From a virus (lineage: Duplodnaviria > Caudoviricetes): DNA of 59,450 nt. Within the stretch, counting starts at the first letter, position 1. Each line of letters starts with the position of its first letter. The position numbers and the translations under genes are program-made. The stretch is taken from positions 1 through 59,450 of IMG/VR virus record IMGVR_UViG_3300020045_002012; one strand, 5' to 3'. The notes under the pieces were generated by a model. That model saw nothing but the letters and a program-made list of their open reading frames with translations, was not told the origin of the DNA and did not search any database. Below are positions 35,693 to 45,700 of the stretch, piece after piece.

Positions 35693-37763
35693 ACTCGTTG
35701 GCTTCAGCGGCAACCCTGGCCAGTGCGCCTGGGCTATTAGCTACTCGGTCCCTAGACCCAGCAAACGCTGCGGCACGCGGGCTAGTTAGCATACGCGCAC
35801 CGGCATTGATACTTGCGGGTACAGCCAAAGCGCCAGCAAGCGGGAGTGGGTTGCCCGTCAATGCGCTAGAGCCCAGTCCACCAAGCAGCCCTGCGTAAAT
35901 ACTCATTGCGCCACCCCGATTAGCTGTGCCAGACGGGTTACCGTAGACCCGCGATCCTTCCCGCATATTGGCAATTACCTTGGCTACGTTGTCAATGTCC
36001 TGGCGTAGTTTAGTGGCACCAGAGAAACCAGAGAACAGGGCGTTACGCGCCTCCGGTGTTAGCTTGGAGTAGTTGGTTAAGAACGTCTCAGGCGAGAACG
36101 CTCCGCTAGTTTCGTCTTGGCGTGAGTTTGTTGCTCGCCCCAGCCGGTTGGCAATAGTGGAGGCGAACTGGGCGCGTACCTCTGGGGCCAGCGACTTCTT
36201 AATAGCGTTGAACTCTGTCAAGTTAGGGTTCTGGCCCATTATCCTTGACTCCATAGCAGCGAACGTGCGCTCTGGTACCATATTAGTGGCCAGCAGCGGC
36301 TCAATAGTGTCAAGGCGACCACGTACCGGGTTCGTGGCAGAGTTACTACCAAGCAGCGCAGTGTTCAGCGCTTTTGACCGGCCTAGCATCTGCGCCGCCA
36401 CTGGGTCAGAGCTCTGAAGCCCAGCCGCCATGTCTTCGCCGAGCGCGCCGTAGAGTTGTCGCTGTTGCCTGATATTACTGGGTGGCTGTACTGTGAAGTT
36501 GGCAAAAGCGTCCTCACCGAGCTGCTGCTGCAGTGGGCGCAAGCTTGACAAGGCAACACCCTGGGCCGGGTGGCCAGGTACTGTGGTCGTCATTGGGCTA
36601 CCGTCCGCGTTCAGCAGGCCTGAGGCACGCGGCGTCTGTGTAGCAGGAACTGGCGCAGTGGTCTCCGCAATGGCGCGTTGGAGCTGCTGAGTGTGAGGTA
36701 TTTGAAGCAGAGCGTTAATAGCTGGGTCCGTCGGTGCTTGTGCGATCATGCGTTGTAGCATTGCTTCGGTTGAAGGCACTGCAACGCGCGTATCGCCTCC
36801 TCCGCGAGCTTCGAGGCTAGCGTTAATATCGCGCGACGTCTGACGGACGTCGGCGATCTTGTCGGCCAAGCCCCGTTGCACGTTCCGGCCTACAATGTCT
36901 GGATTTGTTCCCACTCCACCAGCTGTCTCAGCTATGCTGCGAAGTGTATTGCCTTGGTTGTCCCGGAAGTCTCTAATACGGTTTAGCCCGCCAGGCAGCC
37001 CTGATAGCAGGTTCTCAATGCCCTGCCACATGGCAGCACGTGGCGTACCTTGTGTTGCCTGGCCCAACGATGGGGTAAGGCCTACGTTTTTGAAGTCCTG
37101 GATATTCTGATTGACTTGTGCACGGTTGCCTTCGCCGGCGCCGCGAGCCGCCCAGCGGGCTGCGTTAGCGAGCGCTACCGGTGCGTGCCCAAGTGTTAAC
37201 GCGGAGAGGGCGCCGGCGGCTGGGCTGTCTGTCTGCTCTCCAATGCTAGTGCTAATACCTCCAACTGGCGCGGCGGCGGCGGCGCGGGCGGCCATGGCGC
37301 GACCAGATGTGCCGGGCGACATTAGGGCCTGCCCAGCAAACGCACCGGCACCGTGTAGCGCCCTGCCGCCCGGGGTGTTAACTGGGTTCTCGAGCATAGG
37401 ACCAAGCCCCGCGTGGCTTAGCTTGCCTGCGATCCACTTTGAGGAGCCGGGTACTTGGGCGCGGTCAGTTAGTTCAGCCCACGTGGGTACTTGGCCGTCA
37501 GCACCAAGCTTAGACGCTAAGTACCCAGTACCAGCCTTGCCAAGGTCTAGCACGTTGGCGACAGTGTCAACAGGTAGCCCGCCAAGACCGGCTAACACGC
37601 CGCTGTTGGCCCCGGTGGCTACCGCAGCGGCGTAGTCCTTGATACTAGGCGCCTCCTCCTCAGCAAGCAATGCTTGCTCTAGTGCATACCGCTCTTCAAA
37701 CTCTTTTTCCTTGAGCTCTTTGGCGTAGCGCTTTTCAAATGCTGCCTCTTGTTCCGGGGTCAT
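35691..37763 (-). CDS. Putative DNA ejection / internal virion protein
   Basis: 690 aa, Ala/Gly-rich; FSPETFLTNY and NPSGTA motifs; last gene of the tail operon. Confidence 0.6.
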   Translation of the reverse strand: MTPEQEAAFEKRYAKELKEKEFEERYALEQALLAEEEAPSIKDYAAAVATGANSGVLAGLGGLPVDTVANVLDLGKAGTGYLASKLGADGQVPTWAELTDRAQVPGSSKWIAGKLSHAGLGPMLENPVNTPGGRALHGAGAFAGQALMSPGTSGRAMAARAAAAAPVGGISTSIGEQTDSPAAGALSALTLGHAPVALANAARWAARGAGEGNRAQVNQNIQDFKNVGLTPSLGQATQGTPRAAMWQGIENLLSGLPGGLNRIRDFRDNQGNTLRSIAETAGGVGTNPDIVGRNVQRGLADKIADVRQTSRDINASLEARGGGDTRVAVPSTEAMLQRMIAQAPTDPAINALLQIPHTQQLQRAIAETTAPVPATQTPRASGLLNADGSPMTTTVPGHPAQGVALSSLRPLQQQLGEDAFANFTVQPPSNIRQQRQLYGALGEDMAAGLQSSDPVAAQMLGRSKALNTALLGSNSATNPVRGRLDTIEPLLATNMVPERTFAAMESRIMGQNPNLTEFNAIKKSLAPEVRAQFASTIANRLGRATNSRQDETSGAFSPETFLTNYSKLTPEARNALFSGFSGATKLRQDIDNVAKVIANMREGSRVYGNPSGTANRGGAMSIYAGLLGGLGSSALTGNPLPLAGALAVPASINAGARMLTSPRAAAFAGSRDRVANSPGALARVAAEANE

Positions 37764-39400
37764 TACTTAGCTCCTCGCTTAGCCTTCCAAGCTTGGTACT
37801 CGGCATCAGGGTCTACCGTAGGCTCGGCGCCTTGCTCGGCGCCATAGGTACGTTGGTAGCCTTCCTTAGCTCGCCGCTCGGCACCTTCAACTACCTTAAT
37901 GATTCTAGCCAAGTTAGCCCTAACCTGCGGGGCACCCTGTGACAAGTCGAGTGACGCAATGCTGTCCCGTAGCATCTCGCGCTCGCCTTTGTCCAACGCG
38001 CCAAAGCCTGTTGCACCGCTAGCGCTGCCTACCCGCGCATTTTGCAGGGCCAAGCTAGTTATCCGCGACTCGAGTGTCTTAAGCCCAGCAATGAACTCAG
38101 CTGAGTCCGTCTCAGCCAATGGCATAACTCGGCCACGTCCCGGGATATAGCCCTCGATCCCAGTTGCCTTCTGCAGGCCGGGGTGCTTAAGCAGGCTGCT
38201 CGCCACGTCCTTAGTTTGCGCCGCTTCGCCAAGGAAGCTTTCAAGCGCTGTCCGCTTTTCAGGCGCCTCGGCAATCTGCTTGCCTTCGCCAGAGCCTTGA
38301 GCTTCCTGCAGCTTTTCCCGCCTAGCAAAGTCCAGCTTAATCTGCGCCTCAGCTTCAGCCTTGCGCCCAGCGGCGGCGGCGATAGAGCTACTGGCAGCAC
38401 CGATGGACTGGCTTGGCGGCGGAGTGCTATTCCGCTCGTCGTACTTTATTACCAGGCTCTCAAGTGTTTTCAGGTCATTGTTGGCGGCCCGCGGATTGGC
38501 ATTGATACGGGCTACTAGCCGTGCCGCCAACGCCCGGTCCGCGGGGGTAAGCATCTGTACCAGCGACTGGGCTAAGCCAACAGTGCCTTCTCCGCTAGAC
38601 CCAGTTCCAAGTCCTTGAGGCGGTTGTTCGTTTGAGTCGTTTGTAGCTAAGCGAGTAGCTGCGGCCGGTTGGCCAATCGGCGTCGTAGTCGGCTGCTGTG
38701 TCGACGTAGCAGCTACTCCTGGCTTCATTGTGCGCATCATTCGAGTAGCGTAGTCAAGCGCGAACTGCTCCTTATCAGGCTCGTCCTGCTTTACCGCAAT
38801 CTCATTACCTTGCGCTAGCAGTCTTACCCACGTAGCGTTCTGGGTAGCGGGGACAACTACCTCGGTACCCGGTCCTTGAGACTTGTCCATTAGGTGCAGG
38901 TTGCCGGCATCGTCCTTAAACTGAATCCAATTGGATTTACCCGGCTGTAGCGCCCTCATTAATGACGCGGTTTGGTCCTTAGTCTCAAGAGCTCGGACCT
39001 CAGCTTGGCGGATTTGGGTAAGCTTGTGCTGGTTCTCCAAGTCTTGCTGCTGCATCGCCTGTCTTGCGTTGCCTGCCGCACCGCCCGCTGCCGCAATGCC
39101 TGGACCAATGTTACCCCACGTTGGCTGGAACCTACTTGCCGCAGTAGCTGCTGCACCCCAGACGCCAGCCTCTTGGTTCTCGGGCTGACGGCTTTGCTTA
39201 ACCATGTTTGCGTAGTCCGCCATCTCTGAGTTGTACGCCTGCTGCTGCTGTTGCAGGTAGTTCCGCTTCTGCTGGCTTGTATCCAGCATGTCTTTAAGCA
39301 TACCAGACAGCATGGGGCTACCCGCAGACGCCTCCGGGATCATAGCCTCCGCCGGGCTGGCAACCTGCCTAAGTGCGCCCTGGTTCATTGAGTCAGCCAT
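37763..39400 (-). CDS. Putative DNA ejection / internal virion protein
   Basis: 545 aa, Gln/Ala-rich helical; GATGFGAL..GE motif; position in the operon. Confidence 0.6.
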   Translation of the reverse strand: MADSMNQGALRQVASPAEAMIPEASAGSPMLSGMLKDMLDTSQQKRNYLQQQQQAYNSEMADYANMVKQSRQPENQEAGVWGAAATAASRFQPTWGNIGPGIAAAGGAAGNARQAMQQQDLENQHKLTQIRQAEVRALETKDQTASLMRALQPGKSNWIQFKDDAGNLHLMDKSQGPGTEVVVPATQNATWVRLLAQGNEIAVKQDEPDKEQFALDYATRMMRTMKPGVAATSTQQPTTTPIGQPAAATRLATNDSNEQPPQGLGTGSSGEGTVGLAQSLVQMLTPADRALAARLVARINANPRAANNDLKTLESLVIKYDERNSTPPPSQSIGAASSSIAAAAGRKAEAEAQIKLDFARREKLQEAQGSGEGKQIAEAPEKRTALESFLGEAAQTKDVASSLLKHPGLQKATGIEGYIPGRGRVMPLAETDSAEFIAGLKTLESRITSLALQNARVGSASGATGFGALDKGEREMLRDSIASLDLSQGAPQVRANLARIIKVVEGAERRAKEGYQRTYGAEQGAEPTVDPDAEYQAWKAKRGAK

Positions 39401-39408
39401 AGCGTCTC

Positions 39409-40311
39409 CTAGGTCGTCTTGTAGTTGGGGTTACTGGTATAGATAGGCGTAGTTGCGGCCTTGGTACCGAGGAACCCTTGCGCCGCCGCAGCCAACGGGG
39501 AGATTGTTCCGGCAGTTGACTGAGGCTGGGTACTTGTGAAACCTGATGAACTTGCAGGCAACCCGCGAATAATATCACTAGCAAAGCTGAGCTGTTGCTT
39601 GGGATAGTTGAGTTGGTTGGTAAACTGCTGCTGGGCTAAGTCCATATTCTTCTGGGCCAAGTTCTGCTGTTCTTGGCCAACAGCTTGCATCATACCGACA
39701 TCCTGATAGCCTTGATTTTGAACTTGCTGGCCTAAGCCCGCGTAGCGCTGCAAGTCTGCTATCGCCGCATTTTGAGCTTGGGTATAGCCCTGCTGCAGGC
39801 TATTAGCTTGCTGACCAAGAATGGACTCATTAGCATCACGTAGAGCTTTGTTTGTAAAGTCGGCAGACCGCGTAGAGCCAAACTGCCCTGCCCCAGTAAA
39901 GGTGCTGTTCACCTGCGGCAGTAGGTTCTCAGTCAAATTGCGCTGCCCCAGCTGGGCAATCCTGCTTACAACAGAGTCCGTATATGGATTCATGTATGCT
40001 GATTGCGCCTGCGGAAGTGTCTGGCTGGCGTAGTCAGTATAGGGCTGGTAGCTGCCTTGGTTGGCTATAACTGTGTCTTGCGCATACTTCTGTGCTGGGC
40101 TAAGCCCTGCAATTTGGCCGGAGTCAATACCATAGGTTGCAGCATTTTCAGGGCTGGTATAAGGTGTGTACTCCTCGCCGGCGATAGCAGCAGCTTGCGA
40201 CCCAAGCCCGCGAGTATACTCCTGCAACCACTCAGGTATAGCACTAGACGTATTGGTAATTGCGCCGGTCTGCGAAGTACCTGACACGTTCCCTAAGATA
40301 TCAATAGCCAT
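39409..40311 (-). CDS. Putative ejection/pilot protein
   Basis: Gln-rich; YMNPY...GAGQFGSTR motif. Confidence 0.6.
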   Translation of the reverse strand: MAIDILGNVSGTSQTGAITNTSSAIPEWLQEYTRGLGSQAAAIAGEEYTPYTSPENAATYGIDSGQIAGLSPAQKYAQDTVIANQGSYQPYTDYASQTLPQAQSAYMNPYTDSVVSRIAQLGQRNLTENLLPQVNSTFTGAGQFGSTRSADFTNKALRDANESILGQQANSLQQGYTQAQNAAIADLQRYAGLGQQVQNQGYQDVGMMQAVGQEQQNLAQKNMDLAQQQFTNQLNYPKQQLSFASDIIRGLPASSSGFTSTQPQSTAGTISPLAAAAQGFLGTKAATTPIYTSNPNYKTT

Positions 40312-42035
40312 TACTTGGCCCCTCTCATATAAGCTTGCGTGCTCTTGGCTTTTGGCGGAATGCTGTTAGCTGGCGCAGACCGTTTATGCGCCCGGATATT
40401 GGCACGCATTTGGTCCAGCTTAGCTGCGCCAGCTTCATTGTTGCCGTCGCCTAAAGAAGACACCACGTCTGCGTCCATAATGTACTCGCCATGCGACAGC
40501 GCTGCAGGGACCTTGTCAGCTTGCCCTGCCGTGCCACCACGCACATAATTAGGGCTTGCCTGGGCTAATGCGCCTAGGCCATTGCGCGGGATATTAGCAT
40601 GGCCCCCGGCTGCATAAGCTGGCAGCCTATTATTGGCAAACCATACTGACTCGCCCTTACGGGCGGTAGGCGCTACTGATGTGCGCGGACTAACCAGGCG
40701 TAGCGGCGATCCCCACTTTGCAGCTGCAGCCTTGGCCGCAGCCAGCTCTTTGTCCGCCTCAGCCTTAGCATCTGCCGCAGCCTTATTCTGCTGATTGGCA
40801 CCGTAAGCTGAAATCGCACCGCCCAGCAGGCTAAGCAACGTGTTATTAGATATTCCGGAGCCCTCAGCGCCAGAGGACCCACCGATAAGGCCAGTTAACC
40901 ATGCCGGTAGCCCCGTAGACTCTGCAGACTCTGCATCAGCAGCAGCGACGGCAGTAGGATCGTTTGCTTGAAGCACCGTGTCGCCACCATACGAGCCTGG
41001 ATTGCCGATGCCCAAGTCTAGGTAACCACCTTGGCCGTATATAGTTGGACTCGTGTCGCCGCTATACGAGCCTGGATTACCGATACCCAAGCCTAAGTAA
41101 CCGCCTTGGTCATACATAGCTTGGCTCGTGTCGCTAGTGTAATCCTCGCCACCTGGCGCTCCGCCAAACATATCAGATACCCGGTCAAGGGCATCGCCAA
41201 CACTGCCTCCATCGGCGAAAGGCCTGCGGTATGACTCGTCTGCTGCGCCTTCCCAGTTTGGCGCGTCCCAGTCTGGCAAGCTGGCAACAGGCGACGTGGT
41301 AATTGCCCGGTCATAAGGGTGCGCTGCCAGACCCCAAGAGCGAATTACCTTACCAGCCTCATCAGTTGTCTTGTATGGCGTTGGACCATACTCAGTTCCG
41401 GTGCGAGTCCCCATCCAGCTATCCGTAGTTGGATTCCAGCCCCACCCAGACGAGGCGCCAAGCGTGGGGTTCTCTGTTGTGCTTGTACCTGGCGCGTAAA
41501 CTGCACCACTGGTATCCGGCACGCCAACATTAACCACGCCAGTATCGGCATAGGACGTGCTTGGGTTATACGCGGCCCCTGGGCCATTGGGCGCCGTAGG
41601 GGCTTTGGGGGGCTTTGAGATTACCAACGACGGGTTCCACTGGTCTTGCTCAGCATCATAGACTAGGCTACCGCTATTAGGGTCTAGCCCGGGGCGCCAT
41701 GCTGTAGCATAATTCGCAGCATCATCTCTAGCAAGAACGTCATAGCCCTGCGCGCCGCCTCGGATAGTGGAGTTGAGTGCGTCCCAGGAGCCAAGATTAC
41801 CGCGATTAACTTGGTCAGCCCAGTAGTCTTGGCCGCCTGTTTCAGCTTGCCTGCCAAAGTTCTGCTCGTAGGCAGACTCGATTCGGCCCACTAGCTCAGG
41901 CCTAGCGCCGACTTGAAATTCCGCGAGTTCATTTGCGTCAACCGAGTCGCCGAACCTCTGCGTCCAGTAGTCTATACCGCCCTGTTCGCCTTCGCGGTCT
42001 AGCACCTGTTGGTATAGGTCTGATACTGTGGTCAT
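40311..42035 (-). CDS. Multidomain internal virion protein with GG tags and C-terminal D-x-VPA-x-LS-x-GE domain
   Basis: Two DUF4214-like repeats (LYQQVLDRE..GGIDYW; AYEQNFGRQ..GGQDYW); FADGGSV; YAAGG; ADKVPAALSHGEYIMDA. Confidence 0.6.
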   Translation of the reverse strand: MTTVSDLYQQVLDREGEQGGIDYWTQRFGDSVDANELAEFQVGARPELVGRIESAYEQNFGRQAETGGQDYWADQVNRGNLGSWDALNSTIRGGAQGYDVLARDDAANYATAWRPGLDPNSGSLVYDAEQDQWNPSLVISKPPKAPTAPNGPGAAYNPSTSYADTGVVNVGVPDTSGAVYAPGTSTTENPTLGASSGWGWNPTTDSWMGTRTGTEYGPTPYKTTDEAGKVIRSWGLAAHPYDRAITTSPVASLPDWDAPNWEGAADESYRRPFADGGSVGDALDRVSDMFGGAPGGEDYTSDTSQAMYDQGGYLGLGIGNPGSYSGDTSPTIYGQGGYLDLGIGNPGSYGGDTVLQANDPTAVAAADAESAESTGLPAWLTGLIGGSSGAEGSGISNNTLLSLLGGAISAYGANQQNKAAADAKAEADKELAAAKAAAAKWGSPLRLVSPRTSVAPTARKGESVWFANNRLPAYAAGGHANIPRNGLGALAQASPNYVRGGTAGQADKVPAALSHGEYIMDADVVSSLGDGNNEAGAAKLDQMRANIRAHKRSAPANSIPPKAKSTQAYMRGAK

Positions 42036-43576
42036 GATCGGTTATCTCCAGCTTCTGTGTGTATGATTACTTTTCCAGCTTCGTAAAACCCGTTCAGGAT
42101 ATTACTCTCAAACCGCAGCATAACATGGCGGCGCTGTTCCCGCATATCGATTTTGCCCTGGGTCTCGGTGTAATTATAAGCCGTTTCCTGGTCCGGCGGT
42201 GCTTGCGCAAACTCGTAGCCTATAACTACGCAGGTCATATCGCCACGTTGAATAAAGTCAGGCTCAACCCGCGTAAGGCGTGTCCATCGGCTTATCCCGT
42301 TAGGCGCATCGCCCGTACCGCCTGTCGGGTACCCAAAGTTCTGGGTGGTGAAGAAGCTACAAATTGCCTCTTCATTATCACCGACTACGGCGTTCTGTCC
42401 GTATTCGTGCTGGTACAGCCCGTACTTACCAGAGCCCTCAACCTCAGACCCGATCCACAATGGGAAGTGCCTGACCTGAGAATAGTACCCCGCTGAGCGC
42501 GACAGTGAGAAGTCATACCACGTCTTTAGCCGCACATTGAATACAACTGCGGCATTGCATTCTACGGAATCACCTCGCGGGTAGAACCAGATAATCTCCC
42601 CGAAGCGCGGTATCTTGGTCGCCCAAATCTTTTGTGCGGCGGCATAATTCAGGTTGTCAAAAAACCAATTCTGGTTTAGGTCATTTGGCAGTTCTTTAAC
42701 TGAGGAGTCAAAGTACATGAACCGGTCTACACCAACCCAGAAGTACGCACCATCATACTCAATCACGCTGTTTTGGGCTAGGATAGAGGACTGTGAGGAC
42801 AGCGTGGCAAAGCTAAAAATACCGTTGCCCCCAATGTAGTCCATGCGGATTACTGAGTCGAGCGACCACAGAATTGCTGCGACCTTGCCTGCGCGCAATG
42901 GCAGGCCTGCTACAATCTTAGCCCCAGTTACACGGTCCGAACCCGCATCGCCGGGAACAGCCGACGTGCTCCATACCTGGGGCTGGTTTGCGTCGGACCA
43001 AGAAACTAGCCCGTCCGAGCCGTAAATCACAGTGTAAGGCGCAATGGTGAATACACCGCCTGACACCGCGGGAGCGTCGGTGATTGGGACGAACTGGCTT
43101 GTAGCAGAGTTAGCTAGCGCCCAGTAAGGCTTGCTCTCCGTGTCGTCGTCAATGTTTGTCATCGACTGGTTGCAGTGGGCCACGATGATGGTGCCTTTTG
43201 AGCCTACGGCATCGTCGTACTGCGTGTCAGCAGACCAAACATTTTCGTCGCTTGCTACAAACCCAGCTGGCGTACGGTCATTGATTGCATTACCAACTAG
43301 CTTATTATCTACGAGTAGTGTCTCTATCTTTGACGCCGAGAAGCTGACGCAGGCGTTCAAGTCCTTGCGCGACCAGACTAAGAACTTGCGCACCGGGCCA
43401 GTGAGCCCGTCCGTAATGCGGCGGTACCCGCCCATCTTCTTTGCTTTGCCTCGCTGAAACCTAACCCACTGGCCATCCGCGCAGTTTTCACCCTCGAGAA
43501 GTGTACCGTCGCGCTTGATCCCTGGCTGCGGAACCAATGTATAGACAACTTCATCAGAGTTTTGGTTATCGGCCAT
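42032..43576 (-). CDS. Tail nozzle/stabilisation protein (P22 gp10-like, beta-propeller)
   Basis: PGIKRDGT..DGQWVRF..G..KKMGG N-terminus; beta-rich; position in the tail module. Confidence 0.65.
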   Translation of the reverse strand: MADNQNSDEVVYTLVPQPGIKRDGTLLEGENCADGQWVRFQRGKAKKMGGYRRITDGLTGPVRKFLVWSRKDLNACVSFSASKIETLLVDNKLVGNAINDRTPAGFVASDENVWSADTQYDDAVGSKGTIIVAHCNQSMTNIDDDTESKPYWALANSATSQFVPITDAPAVSGGVFTIAPYTVIYGSDGLVSWSDANQPQVWSTSAVPGDAGSDRVTGAKIVAGLPLRAGKVAAILWSLDSVIRMDYIGGNGIFSFATLSSQSSILAQNSVIEYDGAYFWVGVDRFMYFDSSVKELPNDLNQNWFFDNLNYAAAQKIWATKIPRFGEIIWFYPRGDSVECNAAVVFNVRLKTWYDFSLSRSAGYYSQVRHFPLWIGSEVEGSGKYGLYQHEYGQNAVVGDNEEAICSFFTTQNFGYPTGGTGDAPNGISRWTRLTRVEPDFIQRGDMTCVVIGYEFAQAPPDQETAYNYTETQGKIDMREQRRHVMLRFESNILNGFYEAGKVIIHTEAGDNRS

Positions 43577-43587
43577 TTAACGTTCTG

Positions 43588-44367
43588 CTAGGCTGGGTTG
43601 GGCACAAGATAGCCACCAATGGTCAGGGAAATGTCACCTGACCCGCTAGCGGTTGCCGCCAAGCAATATACGTCTGTGTACTCAGGAATCAAGATAGCCG
43701 AGGCATATACTGAGCTAATGGCGCCAGTCAATCCGAACAATGCGGAAGACAGGACCGATGGATAAAACGGGGCAACCACGATGTTTGCGCCACGCCTGGC
43801 ATAAATATCTAGGTCGCAAGTCTTGTTCGCACTGACGGTAGTGGCGATCAGGTCAATGCCCATGTAGTAGCCCTTAGGCACAGTGAAGCAAGACGCGAAC
43901 TCACGGCCGCTCTGAATTGGCATGCTTAGGATAACCGTAGCGTCGTCGGCGTAGCTCACATTAATGACGCCGATATTTGCGCCAGTAGGCGGCGTTACAC
44001 CAGGTAGACCAGCGTAAGTACCGGAAGCGCTCAGCTCTGCTGAGGTGACGCGGATGAATGTGCCAGCTGATGTAACTACGGAGGTGCCATTAAGTTCGAT
44101 CGTCTCTGTATAGGGCGTCCAATCGGCAGCCAAGCCGGTTACTTTAATCGCTCTGGCCCCGGTACCTAGCAGCGTGTCTGCAGCACTAGTTGAGCTAACC
44201 TGGATAGCAGCGGCCGAGGTTCTAAGGCTCAAAGAGTGAGTAGCCGCCGTATCCACGGTGGCTGGTGTAGTCGTTAGCAGACCATTACGCGAAAAACGCC
44301 GGAAGGCGGCGCCGCCCGGAGGTATCACGGTGGTAGTCAGTGGAACCGGCATAGGCACAAAACTCAT
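43588..44367 (-). CDS. Hypothetical structural protein
   Basis: 259 aa beta-rich; SSTSAADT..GTGARAI...ETIELNGT..FIRV motif. Confidence 0.6.
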   Translation of the reverse strand: MSFVPMPVPLTTTVIPPGGAAFRRFSRNGLLTTTPATVDTAATHSLSLRTSAAAIQVSSTSAADTLLGTGARAIKVTGLAADWTPYTETIELNGTSVVTSAGTFIRVTSAELSASGTYAGLPGVTPPTGANIGVINVSYADDATVILSMPIQSGREFASCFTVPKGYYMGIDLIATTVSANKTCDLDIYARRGANIVVAPFYPSVLSSALFGLTGAISSVYASAILIPEYTDVYCLAATASGSGDISLTIGGYLVPNPA

Positions 44368-44735
44368 AGCAGAACCCAGCCTCCAGTGATAGCTTTGAAA
44401 TGTAGCGAAGTGCCTTTGACTGTCAGCTCCACAGAACTTTCTCCATAGATCAGGTCTGTGCCTGACAGTTGAACCGTTATTTTCGCTGTCCCTGACATTA
44501 TAACCTGAAACTCCCCACCGTTACGTGCTGGCGGCAAAATAATTACTCCGCCAGCAGGCAATACAACAATGTCGTCCTGCCTGCTAAGCACGTAAGGCAG
44601 CTGTGGGCTGGCGACGCGTGCAGCCTGGCTAATCTGGTTTAGCGTGTCATGGGTGACCCCACGGTCCGACGAGTGATAATGGTCGAAGCAGTCGCCTGCA
44701 CTGGTTAGCGACTGCTCTTGCGCAGGGGTTAGCAT
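44364..44735 (-). CDS. Hypothetical structural protein
   Basis: 123 aa; tail-fibre-like LP...I...GTDLIYG..L...W module; coupled. Confidence 0.55.
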   Translation of the reverse strand: MLTPAQEQSLTSAGDCFDHYHSSDRGVTHDTLNQISQAARVASPQLPYVLSRQDDIVVLPAGGVIILPPARNGGEFQVIMSGTAKITVQLSGTDLIYGESSVELTVKGTSLHFKAITGGWVLL

Positions 44736-45646
44736 CGCTTACCGCCTCGTACCCTAATCAGACCGCCTCGTTTATCACCACCACCACTATCGCCGCTGTC
44801 AGAGGAGGCACTGTAGCCGCTGAGGTTAGACCCAGGCCCTTGAGAATAGTTAGTTTGGTAGCTACTGGGCGTATCGCTAGACTCCCCGCTCCAGCTGCTA
44901 AAGCTAGCCGGTGTATACTGCGCAAGGCCAGCTAATGGCGAGATACTGAGGCCATCAGATGTAGCTCGCAGGCCCGTTTGAGCATCGGAACTGACGCCAT
45001 CACCAAGGCCTTGCCGGCCCCAGTAGCCACCTTCGTACCCTGGAGTAAGTCCCGCATACATGTCCATTGACTCGCCGGCGCCTTGAGCCACATTAAGTCC
45101 ACCCATTCTAGCCAAGCTGTAGAGCACGCTGCCTACCGGTCCAAATAGCGAGGCTAATGCGCCAACCCCTGAATTGACTGCGTTCTCAGCTAGCTTACGG
45201 TCAGAGTCGCCCATAGCTAGCCCAGCCAGCGTCCCTGATGCTGGGCCAACAAGAAGGCCTGGCACACCGGCGGACCTAAGCAGTGTTCCCGCCGCGGACC
45301 CGGTACCTTGTCTAACTGCGCCCTCTGTATCACCCCCAGCTAGCGACACTAGCGGTGAAATAAACTGCGATACTGTAGAGTCCACGCCCGCAGCATTAGC
45401 GGCTTGCTTTAGCCCAGTACTAAGTACCTGAGCAGTCTTTGAGGACATTGACTCGTCGGGCCCAGGTCCGCTAAGCACACTGACTACCTCTGGCATGGTA
45501 CTTACCCAGCTGGCAACTTGGGACCGTGACGGGTCTTGCAAGATACCTTTGGTGTCACCCCGCTGCAGTAAGCCCATTGGCGAGGACTTCTGCTTAGCAA
45601 GATAAGCCTTGTACACGGCCCTTATTTCGTCAGGTGTCATGCTCAT
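44729..45646 (-). CDS. Hypothetical Gly/Ser-rich virion protein
   Basis: 305 aa; glycine-zipper-like segments; ends DKRGGLIRVRGGKRC. Confidence 0.55.
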   Translation of the reverse strand: MSMTPDEIRAVYKAYLAKQKSSPMGLLQRGDTKGILQDPSRSQVASWVSTMPEVVSVLSGPGPDESMSSKTAQVLSTGLKQAANAAGVDSTVSQFISPLVSLAGGDTEGAVRQGTGSAAGTLLRSAGVPGLLVGPASGTLAGLAMGDSDRKLAENAVNSGVGALASLFGPVGSVLYSLARMGGLNVAQGAGESMDMYAGLTPGYEGGYWGRQGLGDGVSSDAQTGLRATSDGLSISPLAGLAQYTPASFSSWSGESSDTPSSYQTNYSQGPGSNLSGYSASSDSGDSGGGDKRGGLIRVRGGKRC

Positions 45647-45700
45647 TTACTGGTCCCTTTGCCTTATCAAAGTTACGCTCGTAGCATCCCGAGGGGCACT

